A stretch of 64,000 nucleotides of DNA from the NCBI GenBank assembly GCA_002189035.1, contig NEEC01000019.1:1426001-1490000 (forward strand), given 5' to 3'. The notes under the pieces are model-generated. The model saw only the letters and a program-made list of their open reading frames with translations, did not search any database and had not been told where the DNA came from. This stretch comes from Utricularia gibba. Its lineage: Eukaryota; Plantae; Magnoliophyta. Position numbers and translations under genes: made by a program. Positions 60,507-64,000 of the stretch are shown one piece after another (within the stretch, counting starts at the first letter, position 1; each line of letters opens with the position of its first letter).

Positions 60507-62746
60507 ATGGGGAAGAAAAAGAAAAGCAGCTTGTTTTCAGCAATCAAAAGGATTTTTAGTTCCAAGGAAACAGATGTAAGGTTCTAATTCAAGTTCTCCA
60601 TTCTTGATGGCAGCATTGTGTCACTAAATCTTCGTTCTATGGAAATATCCAACTCTATGCATACCCCTGTTTGAGCTTTGATTAAGGCATTAGGAGCCTC
60701 TCTCTACAAAGTGCAGTTGTTTTAACTTCAATTGATAGTTTTTGGGTTTTCTGCATATCAGCACCTCATATTGTATATGCTCTTGGTTGTTGCCTGGACG
60801 CAGAAAAAGAAAGGCATATGGGCACCTAGTGAAACCAGGTCTTTGTTTCCCCTGTTCAGAGGACCAAGCAGTATTGAAAAAATTTTGGGGGAAGCCGATC
60901 AGCTGAACATCCGCCCTCGGTTGTTTTTAGAGTCCCCTACAACTCAAGAAAAGCTAGCCTTGGGGAAATCTCCTACTCCCCCAAAGTCTGTCTCTCCTAG
61001 AGCATGTTCCTCAAATGATCCCGGCCATGTTCCTCCTGAGCTTTTTGCTGCAAGCTCTTCTAATTCTGTAGCTCCTTGTCTTGATCCTCTTTCCCATTTG
61101 AGGGAAGGCAGAAATGAAATCACCTGCGTGATAAAGGGAAGTTCTCCTTCAAGTGACCCTGAACCGAATGCTCCGGAATGTTCCTCTAATGGTGGGGATC
61201 CTTCGTTTGATCCTGCACCATCTGCCACAAAAGGGAGAGAGGAAGTCAGCAGCCTCGACCGCTATCCTGATCCTGAGCCAGATACCCTCCTTGCTAGCTG
61301 TTCTCATTGTGGAGGACCTTCCTCCCGTGTGTTAGAAGGTAGTAAAGAAATCAGCAGTGTCGAGAAGAATGCTTCAGCTACTAAGATTCAGGCAGCATAC
61401 AGAGGCCATCTGGTTTTGCTTCTCCCCTCTCCATTCCAGCACTGTTTTCTGCTCTCTTGCAACGCGTGTTCGTTATCGAAACTCATAGCTTTCTGTGTGT
61501 TGATATACAGGTGAGGAGGAGTTATCGGGCCTCAAAAGGCCTAGCGAGGCTGCAACGAGTGATGAGAGGCAGAACGTAAGGCGTCAAACAGTGAGTGCCA
61601 TGAAGCAAGTGCAGCTTCATGTAAGAGTTCAGAGACATATTCAGTCCCAGAGGAAGAAAGTGCTCGAAAACCAGACGCTGAAGCACCAATCTAATCATAC
61701 AGAGAAAGATACTGAGAGCCGCTTGAGCAAACGAACGTTGAGTCAAATTCTGGTGAGCTCTTGCATGATGCTTTCATTTCCCTCCCTGTCATCATTCTTT
61801 CTAGTGGATGCTTTTTTATCTTCATTGTGCTTCTTCAGTCTGAATCCACCGGAGCCGATGATTGGAACGACAGCTTGCTAACGAAAGAGGAGGAAGAAGC
61901 ACAACTCCATAAAAAAGCAGAAGCAGTCATGAAAAGAGAGAGAGCCATGGCGTATGCATACTCTCACCAGGTAATGTGCATCCCTGGAGAATCAATCTGC
62001 AATGCTGCTTCTTCGATATCAAGTTCTTTTACCGTTCCCATGTTGATGCCACCCTCTGCTATCAGCTATCAAAGAACCAGAAGTTGGTGGACGCCACTCA
62101 GAACCTGGGGTACGCTCGATTCCCCTGGTCATGGAACTGGTTCAGCGATCAGCTGCCTGTAGCAGATGCTTCACAGAGCCAAAAAGCAGCAGAAAGTGTT
62201 GCATCAACTCCTCTACAGGCTTCCTCAGAGACAGAGTCGAGCACCCGCTTCCTTACAAGATTCTACAACCACAGGAATCTGTATTCCAAGAGTGGAGGGT
62301 CTGTCACGCCGCAATCCACAAAGTCAGCAGCCCTTTTAAGGCCAACCAAAAGAAACCCGTTAGGAACCAGGAGGTTCTTCATATCAAGAGCAAGTCCTGT
62401 TAGTTCAGCTGGTGACACTCAACCGAAAGATGATGACAGCCACTTGAGCTGCCCTCCGTTCTCCCGTCCTCATTACATGACGCCCACGATCTCAGCATTG
62501 GCGAAAGCAAGAGGGGGTAGCAATCCGAAGGAGAGACTTCCCGGCACTGCGGACTCCGGGAGGCGGCGATTCTCGCTTCCCTTTACTCCGGACAGCAGAA
62601 ACTTGAAATGGAAGAAAGGGGATTCCGGATCTCAGACAGGAAGTCAGTACCAGGAGTCTCCGAGCTCCAACAAAAGCTATGTTGCAAATTCGACGGTTTC
62701 CATGCCGGCTTTTGTTGGCAGAAAGCCTTTTAACAGATTTGTATGA
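60507..62746 (+). CDS. IQ67-domain calmodulin-binding protein, IQD13/14-like; apparent 1-nt deletion at 61568-61569
   Basis: MGKKKKSSLFSAIKRIF; PSSIEKILGEA; IQ67 ASATKIQAAYRGHL|VRRSYRASKGLARLQ; RQTVSAMK; WNDSLLTKEE; KRERAMAYAYSHQ; DDDSHLSCPPF..YMTPTISA; ends GRKPFNRFV*. Confidence 0.88.
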
Positions 62747-62967
62747 ATCCTTTGTGCATGTCATGGCCATGTTTTCTCTGTTTTCTATTGAACGTGCATT
62801 AAAAAAAAAAGGAGTTGACACTGAGAAAAAAAATACTTAATTTTAAAAAGAAAGACCTTAACCACATCCAAGTACCAAATTAAAATTCAATATTTCACGA
62901 TCACTATAAATCGTATCGATTTTATATTTGAGGTAAATTTTATAATTGATAATTTGACACCAATATC

Positions 62968-64000
62968 TAGAGGTGGACAGGGGACCGATTCAACAGGTTG
63001 CAGGTCAACATGGAGCCGGGCTGGGCTGCTACCAGGAGTCGAGCTGGGCTGCCACGAGGAGTCGAGCTGGGCTGCTAAGAGGAGTCGGGCTGGGCTGCTA
63101 TGATGAGTCGGGTCGGGCTGCTACAAGGAGTCGGGCTGGGCAGCAACACTGAGCCCGGCGGGGCTGCCACGAGAAGTCCGGCTGGGCTACAACACGGAGC
63201 CGAGCTGGGCTGCCACGAGCAGTCCGGCTGGGCAGCCACAAGGAGTCGGGCTGCGCTGTCCCGAGGAGTCGGGCGGGGCTGCCACGAGAAGTCCGGCTGG
63301 GCTACAACACGGAGCTGAGCTTGGCTGCCACTACGAGTCAGGCTGGGCTGCCACGAGGAGCCGGGCTGCCACGAGGAGCCGGGCTGAGCTGTCACGAGGA
63401 GTCGGGATGGGTTGTCACGAGGATCCGGGCTGAGCTTCCACGAGGATTCGTGCTCCGTGTTGCAGCCCAGCCCGACTCATTGTGGCTGCTCAGCCCCACT
63501 CCTCGTGACAGCCTAGCCCCACTTCTCGTAGCAACCCAGCCCACTCCGTGTTATAGCCCAGCCCGGCACATCGTGACAGCCGACCCGACTCCTCATGGAA
63601 GCCCAGCCCGGCTCCGGGTTGCAGCCCAGCCCGACTCCCTGTGGCAGCCCAGCCCGGATCCGTGTTGCAGCCCAACCCGGCTCATTGTGGCTGAGCAGCC
63701 CCACTCGTCGTGACAGCTCAGCCCCACTCCTCGTAGCAGCCCAGCCTAGCTCCGTATTGTAGCCCGGCCCGGCTCATCGTGGTAGCCGACCCCGACTCCT
63801 CATGGCAGCCCATCCCAGCTCCTTGTTACAGCCCAGCCCGGTTCCGTGTTGCAGCCCAGCCCGACTCCTCGTTGCAGCCCAGACGGATCTGTGTTGCAGC
63901 CCAGCCGACTCCTCGTGGCAGCCCAGCCCCGCTCCGTGTTGCAGCCCAGCTCGACTGCTTATGGCTTCCAGCCCGACTCCTCGTGGCACCCCAGCCCGGC
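62968..64000. mobile_element. Putative non-autonomous fold-back / hAT-like DNA transposon, right end outside window
   Basis: Abrupt switch from AT-rich to GC-rich DNA at TAGAGGTGGACAG (62968), resembling plant hAT TAGGGGTG/TAGAGATG termini, followed by 23-bp repeats in two opposite orientations. No transposase seen; second TIR and TSD not visible. Confidence 0.55.
63013..64000. repeat. 23-bp GC-rich tandem array, consensus GAGTCGGGCTGGGCTGCCACGAG; about 19 forward then about 24 or more reverse-complement units
   Basis: Units read directly, e.g. GAGTCGAGCTGGGCTGCCACGAG, GAGTCGAGCTGGGCTGCTAAGAG, GAGTCGGGCTGGGCTGCTATGAT. After ~63450 units read CTCGTGGCAGCCCAGCCCGACTC. Confidence 0.93.

Noticed and set aside
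63075-63989. Several Gly/Ala/Pro/Ser-rich ORFs on both strands
   Set aside because: By-products of the GC-rich 23-bp array. The unit is not a multiple of 3, and there is no domain or splice structure.
63013-64000. Possible CRISPR array
   Set aside because: Units are contiguous with no unique spacers, the context is eukaryotic and no cas genes are present.

Overview
Gene-dense nuclear DNA from a flowering plant, probably a compact-genome eudicot (species not determinable). About 20 protein-coding genes with short introns occupy the first 62.8 kb: SMC3, cyclin B1, ISPE/CMK, an RZF1-like RING-H2 ligase, a short LARP1-type La-motif protein, a divergent calmodulin, GONST1, SKIP35, MTHFR, a YjbQ/UPF0047 protein, AP-1 sigma, a DUF547 protein, a cyanobacterial-type SLOG/DprA-like protein, an ankyrin-PGG protein, stearoyl-ACP desaturase, organellar ribosomal L1, FtsZ1, a WSS1A-like WLM protease, an uncharacterised conserved protein and an IQD14-like protein. 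Gene models were built by hand-splicing exons at recognisable splice sites. The last 1 kb is a GC-rich 23-bp tandem array that flips orientation mid-array (fold-back structure) behind a hAT-like terminus and runs off the window end; it is the most unusual structure seen. SMC3 has two U12-type introns (one AT-AC, one GT-AG), and three GC-AG introns occur in the window. Four genes (SMC3, ISPE, RZF1-like, IQD14-like), and probably two more, show single-base deletions in short homopolymers; these are most likely assembly errors rather than true pseudogenes. I found no rRNA, tRNA or CRISPR, and no clearly novel multi-gene system.
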